From assembly GCA_965222225.1 (NCBI GenBank), contig CBDCTK010000002.1:3232001-3296000 (forward strand): a DNA stretch of 64,000 nucleotides, read 5' to 3'. The notes under the pieces were generated by a model. It was given only the letters and a program-made list of their open reading frames with translations, did no database searches and was not told where the DNA came from. Every line of letters starts with the position of its first letter. Positions within the stretch are counted from its first letter, which is position 1. This document shows positions 17,543 to 27,813 of this stretch, one piece after another. Origin of the DNA: Candidatus Poribacteria bacterium. GTDB lineage: Bacteria > Poribacteria > WGA-4E > JAJDTR01. The position numbers were made by a program, and so were the translations under genes.

Positions 17543-19834
17543 ATGCCCAAATCATTAATCGTTGTAGAATCGCCTGCCAAGGCAAAAACAATCAATAAGT
17601 TCCTTGGTAGAGATTTTGTTGTGAAAGCCTCTATGGGGCACATTCGTGATTTGCCTTCCAAGGAACTTGGAGTAGATGTGGACAACGAATTTGCTCCCAA
17701 ATATACGCTTATCCGCGGCAAGGGTAAGGTTATAAAGGAGCTTCAGGCGGCAGCCGAAAAAGTTGATTCCATTTACCTAGCAGCCGATCCTGATCGAGAG
17801 GGTGAAGCCATTTGTTGGCATCTCGCCCATGAATTGAGGAAGACGAAGAAACCCGTCTTTCGCATTACCTACAACGAAATCACAAAAGGAGCAATCCAGG
17901 CTGCCGTTGATAATCCTGGAGAAATCAACCAATCACTCTTTGACGCCCAGCAGACGCGGCGGATTCTGGATCGACTGGTCGGCTACCAGATAAGTCCAAT
18001 CCTGTGGCAAAACGTAAAACCGGGACTAAGCGCCGGTCGTGTGCAATCCGTTGCAGTGCGATTGATTTGTGAACGGGAGGAAGAGATTGAAGCTTTTGAA
18101 GCACAAGAGTATTGGACAATTACGGCAACGCTAAAAGGTGAAGATGCTGCACCATTCGGCGCAAAGTTGCTCCAGATTGGTTCGGAGAAAGGGACAATTA
18201 GCACCTATGGCTTTACGATTGATGAAACGCGCGCGCATGAAATTGTTAATGACGCAAAGACAGAGAAATACGTCGTAAAGGAGATCCAGAAACGTGAACG
18301 AAAACGCCGACCTGTTCCGCCGTTTATCACAAGCACATTACAGCAGGAAGCCGCACGAAAACTGAAATTTACGGTGAGGCGTACGATGTCTATCGCCCAG
18401 AAACTTTATGAAGGACTGGAAGTTGGCTCTCAAGGATCCATCGGCTTAATCACTTACATGCGTACGGATTCAACGCGCGTCGCCGACGAAGCGCTCAACG
18501 AGGCTCGCGGATACATTCAGAAGACCTACGGCTCGGAGTATCTTCCGTCGAAGGGGGTTCAGTATAGGAGCAAAAATTCTGCTCAAGATGCGCATGAGGC
18601 AATTCGACCTACATCCGCCGACCGAACACCGGAATCGCTGCGGTCACACCTGAGCTCAGAACAATATCGCCTTTACGATCTTATCTGGAAACGTTTTATC
18701 GCCAGCCAGATGACCCCGGCAGTTTTGGATCAGACAACAATCGACATTTCAGCCGGGGGCTATTTCTTTCGAGCAACAGGCTCTGTTATTAAATTCAATG
18801 GATTCATGGCTGTTTACATGGAAAGCAACGATGAGGTGCCGATACAGAATAGAGGAAATAGTGACGAAGAGGCTATACTGCCGCCGGTCAAGGTTGGCCA
18901 AGTGCTATCCCTGCTTAAGCTGGATCCCAAGCAGCATTTCACGCAGCCACCACCCCGCTATACCGAAGCAACGCTCGTCAAGGAACTCGAAGCTAAGGAG
19001 ATTGGTCGTCCTAGCACTTATGCGGCAATTATCTCCACAATTCAAGATCGCGAGTATGTCGTCAAGGAAAAAGGCAGTTTTATGTCAACCGATATTGGCA
19101 AACTCGTTAACCAACTGTTGATTAAGGGTTTCCCCAATATTCTTGAGGTTCAGTTCACCGCAAAAATGGAAGAACTGCTTGATACCATTGCCGATGGAAA
19201 AGTGGACTGGGTTAAGGTTATGAGGGATTTTTATCAACCATTTCTTCTGTCTTTGGCAGCCGCTCCCGACAAGATGTACAAAGCTCGCAAAGACATGGAG
19301 GAGGAGTCGGAGGAGATTTGCGAAAAGTGCGGAAGTAATATGATTGTTAAATGGGGCAGATATAGTCGTTTTCTCGGTTGCTCAAACTATCCTGAATGCA
19401 GAAATACCAAATCTTTGGAGGCTGAATCAGCGCAACCTGCCGAGCCTGAAGAGACGGATGAGGTTTGTGACAAATGTCAGAAGCCGATGGTTATCAGAAC
19501 CAGTCGCTCCGGCGGTAAATTCCTCGCGTGCACAGGATACCCGAAATGCAAGAATGCGAAACCGATTAACATTGGAATCGACTGTCCGGAGCCGGGTTGT
19601 GACGGATATCTCGGCGAACGGCACAGTCGCCGCGGGAAGCCGTTTTACGGTTGTAGCAACTATCCCGACTGCGATTTCGCCGTCTGGGATAAACCGCTTC
19701 CACAGAAATGCCCAGACTGTAACGCTCCGTTCATACTTGAGAAGACGACGAAAGCCAAGGGAAAGCATCTCGCATGTTACAATAAAGAATGTAGCTACAC
19801 GCAATCGTTGGGCGATCCGGAGTCTGACGAATAG
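17543..19834 (+). CDS. topA: DNA topoisomerase I
   Basis: LIVVESPAKAKTI, DPDREGE, SAGRVQS, LITYMRTDS (catalytic Tyr), C-terminal Zn ribbons. Confidence 0.97.
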   Translation: MPKSLIVVESPAKAKTINKFLGRDFVVKASMGHIRDLPSKELGVDVDNEFAPKYTLIRGKGKVIKELQAAAEKVDSIYLAADPDREGEAICWHLAHELRKTKKPVFRITYNEITKGAIQAAVDNPGEINQSLFDAQQTRRILDRLVGYQISPILWQNVKPGLSAGRVQSVAVRLICEREEEIEAFEAQEYWTITATLKGEDAAPFGAKLLQIGSEKGTISTYGFTIDETRAHEIVNDAKTEKYVVKEIQKRERKRRPVPPFITSTLQQEAARKLKFTVRRTMSIAQKLYEGLEVGSQGSIGLITYMRTDSTRVADEALNEARGYIQKTYGSEYLPSKGVQYRSKNSAQDAHEAIRPTSADRTPESLRSHLSSEQYRLYDLIWKRFIASQMTPAVLDQTTIDISAGGYFFRATGSVIKFNGFMAVYMESNDEVPIQNRGNSDEEAILPPVKVGQVLSLLKLDPKQHFTQPPPRYTEATLVKELEAKEIGRPSTYAAIISTIQDREYVVKEKGSFMSTDIGKLVNQLLIKGFPNILEVQFTAKMEELLDTIADGKVDWVKVMRDFYQPFLLSLAAAPDKMYKARKDMEEESEEICEKCGSNMIVKWGRYSRFLGCSNYPECRNTKSLEAESAQPAEPEETDEVCDKCQKPMVIRTSRSGGKFLACTGYPKCKNAKPINIGIDCPEPGCDGYLGERHSRRGKPFYGCSNYPDCDFAVWDKPLPQKCPDCNAPFILEKTTKAKGKHLACYNKECSYTQSLGDPESDE

Positions 19835-19900
19835 CGGCTCATGAGCAGCTTTTCACGTTGCGCTTGGCGTCGGAAGGTGAAAATTGAAGAAGGTAGAACG

Positions 19901-19932
19901 AAACCGAGTTTCTCCTTGGAAGCTCGGTTTCT
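19901..19932 (+). terminator. Hairpin downstream of topA (terminator or repeat)
   Basis: AAACCGAGTTTC...GAAGCTCGGTTT inverted repeat. Confidence 0.45.
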
Positions 19933-20080
19933 TTAACTGCCGGTCTGAAGCAGGTACTCATGATTATGCCGCGAACTCGACCTGCAAACCTCCGCTGCTA
20001 GCTATGTCAACCCCTAATAAATAGTGCACGACCGCATCTAAAATGCGTTAACTTCACTTGTACTCAAAAGCGGTGTTCAC

Positions 20081-21805
20081 GTGACAAACGACCAAATCGG
20101 CACAGTATTCCTCAATATCGGACATCTCCTCCAAATTCAGGGTGAAGACTCCTACCGCGCAAGAATTTACGAGCGCGCGGCAGATACGATTGAAAATCTT
20201 GATGTCGATCTCGCTCAACTGGCAGAGGAAGGCAGACTTCAATCAATTCCCGGCATCGGCAAAGCCATTGAGGGAAAAATTGTCGAAATGCTGGAGACCG
20301 GTCAATGCCGTTTCTATGAAGCCTTGATTGCGGAAATGGGAGAGGAAGTGCTCGACCTGCTGCGAATTCGGGGTGTTGGGGTAAAAACGTCATCAAGGTT
20401 TTACAACGAACTCGGCGTGAGAAATTTTCAAGATTTGCGGGCAGCAATTGATGGCGGCAAATTCAAGCTACTAAAGGGTATCGGTTCAAAGACCATCGCT
20501 CAGATTGATGAAGGCTTGCGTTTCCTTGAAATCCAAGACGGCATGCGCCCACTCTGGCGAATCTTGCCGATTGCACAAGCAATTATTCAAATATTGAGGG
20601 ACGCGCCCGAGATAGCGCGAGTGGACTTTACGGGTGAGATGCGGCGGCACGAAGAGATGCTTAATCAACTTGAGCTAACAGTTGAGTGCACCTCCCCCAC
20701 GATAATTGTCGAGGCGCTTTCCAAGGTTGGTGGCGTGAAGGAGTTTGAATCCAAAGAAAGCACTATCTCCGGGGGACAGTGCATTAAGGCATCCGTCGAC
20801 GATGGGTTCCCGCTCCGTGTTCACGCATTCGGTAGCGAGGAATACGAAGCAGGACTGCTGATAACAACCGCTACCGCTGAACACCTAGCGGCATTCGATC
20901 GGATTGTGGGAACGCACAATCGGGAGAAGAGCGAAGGGCGTTTGCCGGATTGGATGAGGGGCAAAACAGAGTCTTCAATCTATGATGCAGTCGCTTTACC
21001 CTTTATCCTTCCGGAATTGCGGCGAGACGAGGACTCAATTGAGGTGGCTGCCGCCGGGGCGCTGCCAACCCTGATTGAATTAATCGACATTCGCGGAGAT
21101 TTGCACACGCACACCGAGTGGAGCGATGGCAGGCACTCGATACGCGAAATGGTGGAAGCCGCAAAAGCATGTGGACACGAGTACATTGCCATTACCGACC
21201 ATTCGGTGTCATCGCGCGTGGCAAACGGATTAACCCCCGATCGGCTACTGGCGCACATGAATGAGGTTCGAAGCATAAACAAAGAAGTGAGTGGCATTGA
21301 GGTTCTCGCAGGTTCCGAAGTGGACATCCAAAATGATGGAAGCCTCGACTTTACCGACGATGTTCTGGCACAACTTGATATCGTAGTCGCTAGTGTGCAC
21401 GCCGGATTTAACATGAGCGAAGCGGAAATGACGAAGCGAATGATTTGTGCAATCGAGAATCCGTTCGTTAACATCATCGGACACCCTACAGGTCGATTGC
21501 TTGGTCGACGCCCCGGATACGCATTAAACCTTGATGCGGTAATTCAAGCGGCGGCTGAACACCATGTCGTCTTGGAAATCAATTCCTCTCCAAACCGACT
21601 GGACTTGGAGCCGGACATGGCAAGAAAGGCAAATGAAGCAGGCGTGCTATTGACGATGAACACCGATGCCCACGCAGTGCCTCAGCTTCAACAAAGCCGT
21701 TTTGGAATCAACGTTGCGCGTCGCGCATGGCTAACAAAAGACGCGGTCATCAACACATATTCGCTGGACGCCTTGCATAAACTATTGCAAGTCCGAAATG
21801 CGTAA
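20081..21805 (+). CDS. polX: PolX family DNA polymerase fused to a PHP 3'-5' exonuclease domain (altered polymerase site)
   Basis: HhH motifs IPGIGKAI, IRGVGVKT, LKGIGSKT; PHP motifs GDLHTHT.WSDG, ITDHS, IIGHPTGR, NTDAH. Confidence 0.92.
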   Translation: MTNDQIGTVFLNIGHLLQIQGEDSYRARIYERAADTIENLDVDLAQLAEEGRLQSIPGIGKAIEGKIVEMLETGQCRFYEALIAEMGEEVLDLLRIRGVGVKTSSRFYNELGVRNFQDLRAAIDGGKFKLLKGIGSKTIAQIDEGLRFLEIQDGMRPLWRILPIAQAIIQILRDAPEIARVDFTGEMRRHEEMLNQLELTVECTSPTIIVEALSKVGGVKEFESKESTISGGQCIKASVDDGFPLRVHAFGSEEYEAGLLITTATAEHLAAFDRIVGTHNREKSEGRLPDWMRGKTESSIYDAVALPFILPELRRDEDSIEVAAAGALPTLIELIDIRGDLHTHTEWSDGRHSIREMVEAAKACGHEYIAITDHSVSSRVANGLTPDRLLAHMNEVRSINKEVSGIEVLAGSEVDIQNDGSLDFTDDVLAQLDIVVASVHAGFNMSEAEMTKRMICAIENPFVNIIGHPTGRLLGRRPGYALNLDAVIQAAAEHHVVLEINSSPNRLDLEPDMARKANEAGVLLTMNTDAHAVPQLQQSRFGINVARRAWLTKDAVINTYSLDALHKLLQVRNA

Positions 21806-21926
21806 CTCTCCTCTCGCATGAATCCAAACAATTTGACTCTCCGCACGTTAAATTATATGGCGCAACCGTTCGCTACGCGCCTATCCATAGAATTCTGAAT
21901 GAATAGTCACAAAATCGGGGATACCC

Positions 21927-23759
21927 ATGAAGATCCAAATAGACAACCAAATCTACGATATTGACGAAGAAATCTTGCGCCTCTGGTTGCGAGTTGGGTC
22001 TATCCCTGTTGAAACTTTCGTTTTCTCAGAGACGCTCACGGATGGCAAGTGGGTGCCGATTCACGAACTAGGCTGGAATAACGAGCAGAATTGGGCACAA
22101 GCTGCCGACGAACCGCATCCATTTAGGCGAGAGTTCGAGAAGGAGAGGCAATTTCTTTCCTATCAAAGACGGATGCCGATTGTTACCCTTGCTCTGATAA
22201 CCCTGAATACAATCGCCTTTATCTTGTTAGACCAATTTGTTGGGCGTTCACAGGACGTAGCGAACCTTATCCGGTTTGGAGCGTATTCCTACCCCTTAAT
22301 AGTCGAGAATGGGGAATACTGGCGGCTGATTACGAACACCTTCCTGCACATCGGGAGTTTTCATTTCCTTCTTAACATGGGAATCCTATTCATACTAGGA
22401 AACCTGCTTGAAGGGTTGTACGGAAGGTCACGTTTTATCATTCTCTATTTGATTTCAGCCATTGGAGGCAGTTTGGCGAGCCTGATTTTTGTCCGAGTCG
22501 CCATTGGAGCGGGCGCTTCCGGCGCGATTTTCGGCCTCATGGGCGTGGTCGTCGCTCTCGGATTGCGCCATCAAGACCGCCTGCCGTTACGGCGAGGACG
22601 AGTCTTTGGAATGCGTCTGCTGCCTTTCATTGCGCTTGATGTTGTTCTCGGTTTTGTCATTCCTCACATTAACATCGCCGCCCATATCGGGGGGTTGGGG
22701 GTCGGATTCGCCACAGGCTTGATTTTGTCGCCGGCTATATACGCCGATGGCGAACGCGAGAGCTACGGCGTGAAAGCGATTGCGGCGGTATTCGTTGGCT
22801 TGACAGTTCTGAGCGGCGCTGTGACGATACAACGATTCTTTAATCCTTCCCAAATTGCCGAAAGGCGTGCGAATGACGGTTTTCGGTCATTGCCATCTTC
22901 TGCCGAACTTCCAGAGTACATTGAGCGTGTCGAGCAGATGTTGCGTAATCGCGATTACACACGAGAATCGTACAGTCTCCTTGCGGGACTCTACTGGGAG
23001 GCGCTACGTACCGATCCGGAGAATTCGTCTTGGGTTCAAAAACTTAGGGGATTTTATGAGCGAGCGCTCCTTGAAGAGCCCAACTACTCGAATTGGAATG
23101 ACGGTCTTCTGAGATTATATCTGTATCAAGCCGAGGTTGTGGGACGGAAGAACGAGACGGAAAACCTCTCAGACTACACTGGACTATGCGAGAAGGTCAT
23201 ACGCAAGAAAGGCTACCATCAAATCCTGTGTCGGAATCTGGAGTATTTCTACACACGTGGAAAATCCTTGAACCCCGATCAGATTTCCGACTGGGATGCG
23301 GAACTTGAAAAACTGTATCGGGAAGCCATCGTCGGTGACCCCGAGTACGCAAATTGGTACAATAACCTCGCGTGGCTCTATGTTGAACAGGGAGAGAATT
23401 CTGGACAGGCGGTTGAATTGGCACGGCAGGCAGTCAAACTCGATTCCAAAAACTCAACAATGCTGGACACACTCGCGTGGGCGTACCTGCAAAATGGTCA
23501 ATTTCGAAAATCTCTGAGAACCTACGAGCAAGTGCTTTCAATCCGTTCCGACTCCGACGAAAATAAGCTTGCGAGAGAGAGTAGCTGGAACGGCGTGAAC
23601 GAGTGGGTACAGACGGGAGTTTCGCCGTCAAAATCGGAGGAACACGTTCAAGTCTTTGAGAAATTCTACTCCTACATGTCCCGCCAATTCACTAATCGTC
23701 CGGAGGAACAGGCAAAGCTGGATGTCGCCTTCGAGAAATTCCAAGCGAATTATTATTAG
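21927..23759 (+). CDS. Rhomboid intramembrane serine protease with C-terminal TPR-like region
   Basis: EYWRLIT..FLH, GASG catalytic Ser, AAHIGG catalytic His; NNLAWLY...LDTLAWAY TPR. Confidence 0.9.
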   Translation: MKIQIDNQIYDIDEEILRLWLRVGSIPVETFVFSETLTDGKWVPIHELGWNNEQNWAQAADEPHPFRREFEKERQFLSYQRRMPIVTLALITLNTIAFILLDQFVGRSQDVANLIRFGAYSYPLIVENGEYWRLITNTFLHIGSFHFLLNMGILFILGNLLEGLYGRSRFIILYLISAIGGSLASLIFVRVAIGAGASGAIFGLMGVVVALGLRHQDRLPLRRGRVFGMRLLPFIALDVVLGFVIPHINIAAHIGGLGVGFATGLILSPAIYADGERESYGVKAIAAVFVGLTVLSGAVTIQRFFNPSQIAERRANDGFRSLPSSAELPEYIERVEQMLRNRDYTRESYSLLAGLYWEALRTDPENSSWVQKLRGFYERALLEEPNYSNWNDGLLRLYLYQAEVVGRKNETENLSDYTGLCEKVIRKKGYHQILCRNLEYFYTRGKSLNPDQISDWDAELEKLYREAIVGDPEYANWYNNLAWLYVEQGENSGQAVELARQAVKLDSKNSTMLDTLAWAYLQNGQFRKSLRTYEQVLSIRSDSDENKLARESSWNGVNEWVQTGVSPSKSEEHVQVFEKFYSYMSRQFTNRPEEQAKLDVAFEKFQANYY

Positions 23760-23867
23760 TTCAGGATTTTCGCACTCTCGCTTGTTATTGGAGGGCACCT
23801 ATCCCTGGAAGAAATCGTCGAACAACGAGATTTTGAGGCGTCACGCCGCAAGTCAAAAAAACACCTT

Positions 23868-24347
23868 ATGAAAAACTTAACACATTTCGACGAGGAAGGA
23901 CACGCGCGAATGGTTGATGTCACCCCCAAGCCGGAGACCAAGCGCATTGCGATAGCCTGCGGGCATGTAACTGCCAAACCGGACACGATTCGCTTGATTG
24001 CCGATCGAGGTTTCAAGAAAGGGGACGTCCTTGAAGTGGCGCGTCTAGCTGGCATCATGGCGGCAAAGCGAACGGGCGATCTCATCCCGCTGTGCCATCC
24101 GCTAACACTTACCTCCGTCAAAGTTGACCTCTCCATTAACAACGCTGAAAACCGGGTTGAAATTGAAGCCGAGGTGCAAACGCTTGGACGCACAGGCGTG
24201 GAGATGGAAGCTCTCACTGCGGTTGCCGTTGCCGGTTTAACCGTCTACGATATGTGTAAAGCCGTTGACCGAGAGATGGTCGTTTCTGAAATACGACTAC
24301 GTAAAAAGATGGGTGGCAAGAGCGGTACATTCGAACGACGCGAATAG
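23868..24347 (+). CDS. moaC: Cyclic pyranopterin monophosphate synthase
   Basis: LTHFDEEGHARMVDV, LIPLCHP, TGVEMEAL, YDMCKA. Confidence 0.97.
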   Translation: MKNLTHFDEEGHARMVDVTPKPETKRIAIACGHVTAKPDTIRLIADRGFKKGDVLEVARLAGIMAAKRTGDLIPLCHPLTLTSVKVDLSINNAENRVEIEAEVQTLGRTGVEMEALTAVAVAGLTVYDMCKAVDREMVVSEIRLRKKMGGKSGTFERRE

Positions 24348-24460
24348 TCAACTGTGTGGAAAACCCGCATTCGCACTATTAAACCATACAGTTGCGATAA
24401 ATCTCGCCGTTGGTCTTTCGCTAGCGCGGATACCTAGCTATCTCCCTTCGCAGGTCAATC

Positions 24461-24859
24461 TCATCGAAGAGTATTCCAAGGCGACTCATCACCGACTTCT
24501 ACTAACTGATATCCTTCATCCCCGCTGCACGGTCCCAAAGTAACAAACAGTTTCGCCGGTGCCGATGAAATGTTGAATGATGCATGCACGACATCCGCCG
24601 GAATGAATACCGAATCGCCTGCGTTCAACTCCTGTCGCCGATCTTCCAACCACTGTTCGATGCTCCCCTTTATAACGTAAATAACCTCCTCCTGAGCCGG
24701 ATGTTTGTGAAAATTGTGGCCGCCACCGGGCATAAGATTAACCTCAATTGCCACAAGATCTTTTGCTCCGGTTGTTTGAGGACGACTTAACCACGTCATC
24801 GTTCCCCAGTCCAGTTCGTCCCGCTCGGCTTCGGATGCCGCGACGAATTTTCCCTGCAT
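24461..24859 (-). CDS. Cupin domain protein
   Basis: HNFHKHP.QEEVIYVIKG...GDSVFIP.DVVHA. Confidence 0.85.
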   Translation of the reverse strand: MQGKFVAASEAERDELDWGTMTWLSRPQTTGAKDLVAIEVNLMPGGGHNFHKHPAQEEVIYVIKGSIEQWLEDRRQELNAGDSVFIPADVVHASFNISSAPAKLFVTLGPCSGDEGYQLVEVGDESPWNTLR

Positions 24860-24989
24860 AACATAGTCTCCTTGGTCGTTTTCGTTACCATTGGTACGTA
24901 CGAAAAATGCTCTTCATATCTTTAATTTTGGTAGCTTCCCACACGGCGGATTATATCACGATCAATCGATGGCGTCAATTGCTGAATAC

Positions 24990-25240
24990 AGAGCAATCGC
25001 ATCTGATTGTAGGCGATTCAATGAGCGAATAGATCAATCAAACGAATAGCGCGCGCGATAGTAATCCTGCGATAGAGATCCTTCTGAGATATCGATCGAT
25101 AGTCTCCAAATCGTCGATTGCCCACTTGTAACGGATACCGCCCTCGCCAATCTTCAAAGATTGCACGCCGTTCAGTCGGGATAGCTTACAATCATGAGAC
25201 GGCACAGGCGCCGTCCCCCACAATCAGGTGTGATTGCCCT
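24990..25240. mobile_element. MITE-like element with ~20-bp terminal inverted repeats; contains a REP-like hairpin and a nested 37-nt element (25015-25082)
   Basis: AGAGCAATCGCATCTGATTG ... CAATCAGGTGTGATTGCCCT; hairpin GACGGCACAGGCGCCGTC near the right end. Confidence 0.6.
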
Positions 25241-25399
25241 TGTATGCCTAATTCGCTTGCATCGGATGCGGCTGCACGTTATAATATCAATCACTGTGCC
25301 CATGACACATAGCGAGTGGATGGCTTGCGTGCGACTGACGCAGCAGACTATATCATACGATATCCGAAATTCCGTGTTGCAGACTAATTCCGATTGGTG

Positions 25400-26236
25400 A
25401 TGACACTTATACTGGAAGAGCGTTCCGGCTCCGAGCTATCTATTATGGATGACGAGGCGCCGATTCTTACATATCACCACGGACATGAACTCCACAAGCC
25501 GTATTTTCATCCCATCTACAGTCCTAACGGATTAATTGTCACAGATGATGCTCCCGACGATTGTCCCTATCACCACGGTTTGTGTTTCGCGTGGGAGAAT
25601 GTGGATGGGATTAACTATTGTCGAGAAACCGACTGCGATGAATCGGATCGTGGGCGGATTGTGCATCGAGAGTTTCGCGACAAGGGCGTCAATGGACACA
25701 TCGCACATTTCACAGTTGTCAATGACTGGGTCACCCCCGATAATTCCAAACCAATTGAGGAACTCTGTCGGATTGAGGTTCATCAACCGCAGGAAGATCG
25801 ACAACTGATAGATTTACAATTTAATTTTTGCGCTCAATCTCGGAACGTTTCAATCAGCCCTTCTCCCGAATCCCAAGGTCTTTGCTTTCGCGGTACAGAG
25901 ATGGAATATCGGAAGGTTACGAATTCCGAATATTCTATCGGTCAATCCGAGGTAAGCGGGAAAACGGGCAAATGGTGTTCGCTCAACGGTGTCCTTTCAG
26001 ATGAGGCGATTGGAGCGGTCATCTTCGACCACCCGTCAAATTTGGGACATCCAACCCCTTTTCTCGCACTGGATGACACAATCGGATTTATCTCTACAAC
26101 CTTTGCCTATGCCAAACCGTACACCATTGCGGCGGGTGAAACACTGTCGCTCCAATACCGGATAGTAGTTTACCTGGGAGATCTTTTTACGTTCGATTTG
26201 TGGAAGTGCTATGACGAGTATGCAAAACAGGGGTGA
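25400..26236 (+). CDS. DUF6807 / PmoA-like (Pfam) family protein
   Basis: KPYFHPIYSP.G..VT.DAP.D..YHHGL.FAW, IFDHPSN.GHPT, TLSLQYRIVV. Confidence 0.7.
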   Translation: MTLILEERSGSELSIMDDEAPILTYHHGHELHKPYFHPIYSPNGLIVTDDAPDDCPYHHGLCFAWENVDGINYCRETDCDESDRGRIVHREFRDKGVNGHIAHFTVVNDWVTPDNSKPIEELCRIEVHQPQEDRQLIDLQFNFCAQSRNVSISPSPESQGLCFRGTEMEYRKVTNSEYSIGQSEVSGKTGKWCSLNGVLSDEAIGAVIFDHPSNLGHPTPFLALDDTIGFISTTFAYAKPYTIAAGETLSLQYRIVVYLGDLFTFDLWKCYDEYAKQG

Positions 26237-27072
26237 AAATGGATCGAGTCAGTGCATTTGCGCCTGGCAACATTTCAGGTGTATTCAAAATCATTTACCA
26301 TGAAGATGCCACTAAGATGCACTCGCTCGGCACGGGATTCACGGTCAAGGAAGGGGTAGTTGCCACGGTTTCCGGGGACAGTCGGACGGCCGTCCTGTTT
26401 AATGAAGAGAAGATTCGTTTCCCAACGGTTTCAGCCGTTGTCCGGGAATTGACATCACAACCGATACGGATAGAAATTTCCTCTCTGCTGCCGCTAGGGT
26501 GTGGATTTGGTCTAAGTGGCGCATCGGCGCTTGCTGCCGCATACGCGGTGAATGCTCTATTGAGCTTGGGCAAATCTGAATCGGAATTGGCGATGATTGC
26601 GCACGTCGCTGAAGTGGAGAATCGCACCGGATTGGGCGATGTATGCGCGCAATATCATGGTGGTTGTCTCGTTAAACTGAGAGAGGGCCACCCATTGGAT
26701 GCCCAACAGTTGCCTGTTCAAGAACAGCCGATTTTCTACAGATACTTTAGCCCAATCCAGACCAAAAAAGTTCTTGATAATGTCGAACAACGCGCGCGTA
26801 TAAACAACGCGGCGGATGAAGCGCTGGAATGTTTGGAAGAATTCACGAGATCGAACGCGGTTGATTTCAGCACCTACGTTCGCGTATCCAAGACATTCGC
26901 CATCAATAGTGGACTGTTAACAGACGCAAACGTCCAACGAACTATTGAAGAAATTGAAGGTAACAAAGGGGTTGCATCAATGATTATGTTGGGTAATGCA
27001 GTATTTGGTACCCATTCCTTTGAAGGTGCCGAAGTGACAACACTGGCTAAACACAGGGCGAAAATATTGTAA
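26233..27072 (+). CDS. Pantoate kinase (archaeal-type GHMP kinase)
   Basis: AFAPGNISGVF, PLGCGFGLSGA, AHVAEVENRTGLGDV, ASMIMLGNAVF; adjacent to phosphopantothenate synthetase. Confidence 0.88.
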   Translation: MKMDRVSAFAPGNISGVFKIIYHEDATKMHSLGTGFTVKEGVVATVSGDSRTAVLFNEEKIRFPTVSAVVRELTSQPIRIEISSLLPLGCGFGLSGASALAAAYAVNALLSLGKSESELAMIAHVAEVENRTGLGDVCAQYHGGCLVKLREGHPLDAQQLPVQEQPIFYRYFSPIQTKKVLDNVEQRARINNAADEALECLEEFTRSNAVDFSTYVRVSKTFAINSGLLTDANVQRTIEEIEGNKGVASMIMLGNAVFGTHSFEGAEVTTLAKHRAKIL

Positions 27073-27813
27073 ATGACGGATGTCTCCGAAAGCCACCCCC
27101 GGTATGTGTCCTTGAGAATCCGAGATGTGATGGCGGCTGGAGTGGAACGTGGAATCACTTCAGTCCACGGTCTGATTGCTCATGGTCGCGGGGAAGCCTT
27201 TGACTACCTTATCGGGGAGAGAACACAGTCGTTCGCTAAGGAAGCGATACACGCATCAGCGGCGATGCTCCTTCTGGCGAAGGAGCCGGTGATTTCTGTA
27301 AACGGCAATACAGCAGCGCTTGTACCCCATAATTTGGTCGAATTGGGTAAAATTCTCAATGCACCGTTGGAAGTAAATATCTTTCACGCATCGGTGTCTC
27401 GCGAACAGGTGATACAGCGCCATCTCCTTAAAAACGGCGCGGTTGAGGTGTTAATGCCTACTAAGGAGGTACAGCTTTCGTACATCGACTCGAACCGAAA
27501 ATTCGTTCATCCGGACGGCATTTTTAAGGCCGATGTTGTGTTCGTGCCATTGGAAGATGGCGATCGCTGCGAAGCGCTGCGAAAGATGGGAAAAGAGGTC
27601 GTGACGGTAGACCTGAACCCGATGTCGCGAACGGCGAAAAAAGCAAGTGTAACCATCGTCGATAATGTAGTGCGAGTTTTGCCGGCACTCATTCAGGAAA
27701 TTCAGACTCTAAGAAAATCGGCACCACCGGTTTTGCAAGAAATCGTGTCTGGATATCGTAACGAAAGCGTTCTGGATTCCGCCCTTGAATGGATTCGTAG
27801 AAAGCAAGAATAA
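27073..27813 (+). CDS. 4-phosphopantoate--beta-alanine ligase (phosphopantothenate synthetase, archaeal-type)
   Basis: HPRYVSL, GLIAHGRGEAFDYLIGE, PVISVNGN, ADVVFVPLEDGDR, DLNPMSRTA. Confidence 0.92.
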   Translation: MTDVSESHPRYVSLRIRDVMAAGVERGITSVHGLIAHGRGEAFDYLIGERTQSFAKEAIHASAAMLLLAKEPVISVNGNTAALVPHNLVELGKILNAPLEVNIFHASVSREQVIQRHLLKNGAVEVLMPTKEVQLSYIDSNRKFVHPDGIFKADVVFVPLEDGDRCEALRKMGKEVVTVDLNPMSRTAKKASVTIVDNVVRVLPALIQEIQTLRKSAPPVLQEIVSGYRNESVLDSALEWIRRKQE

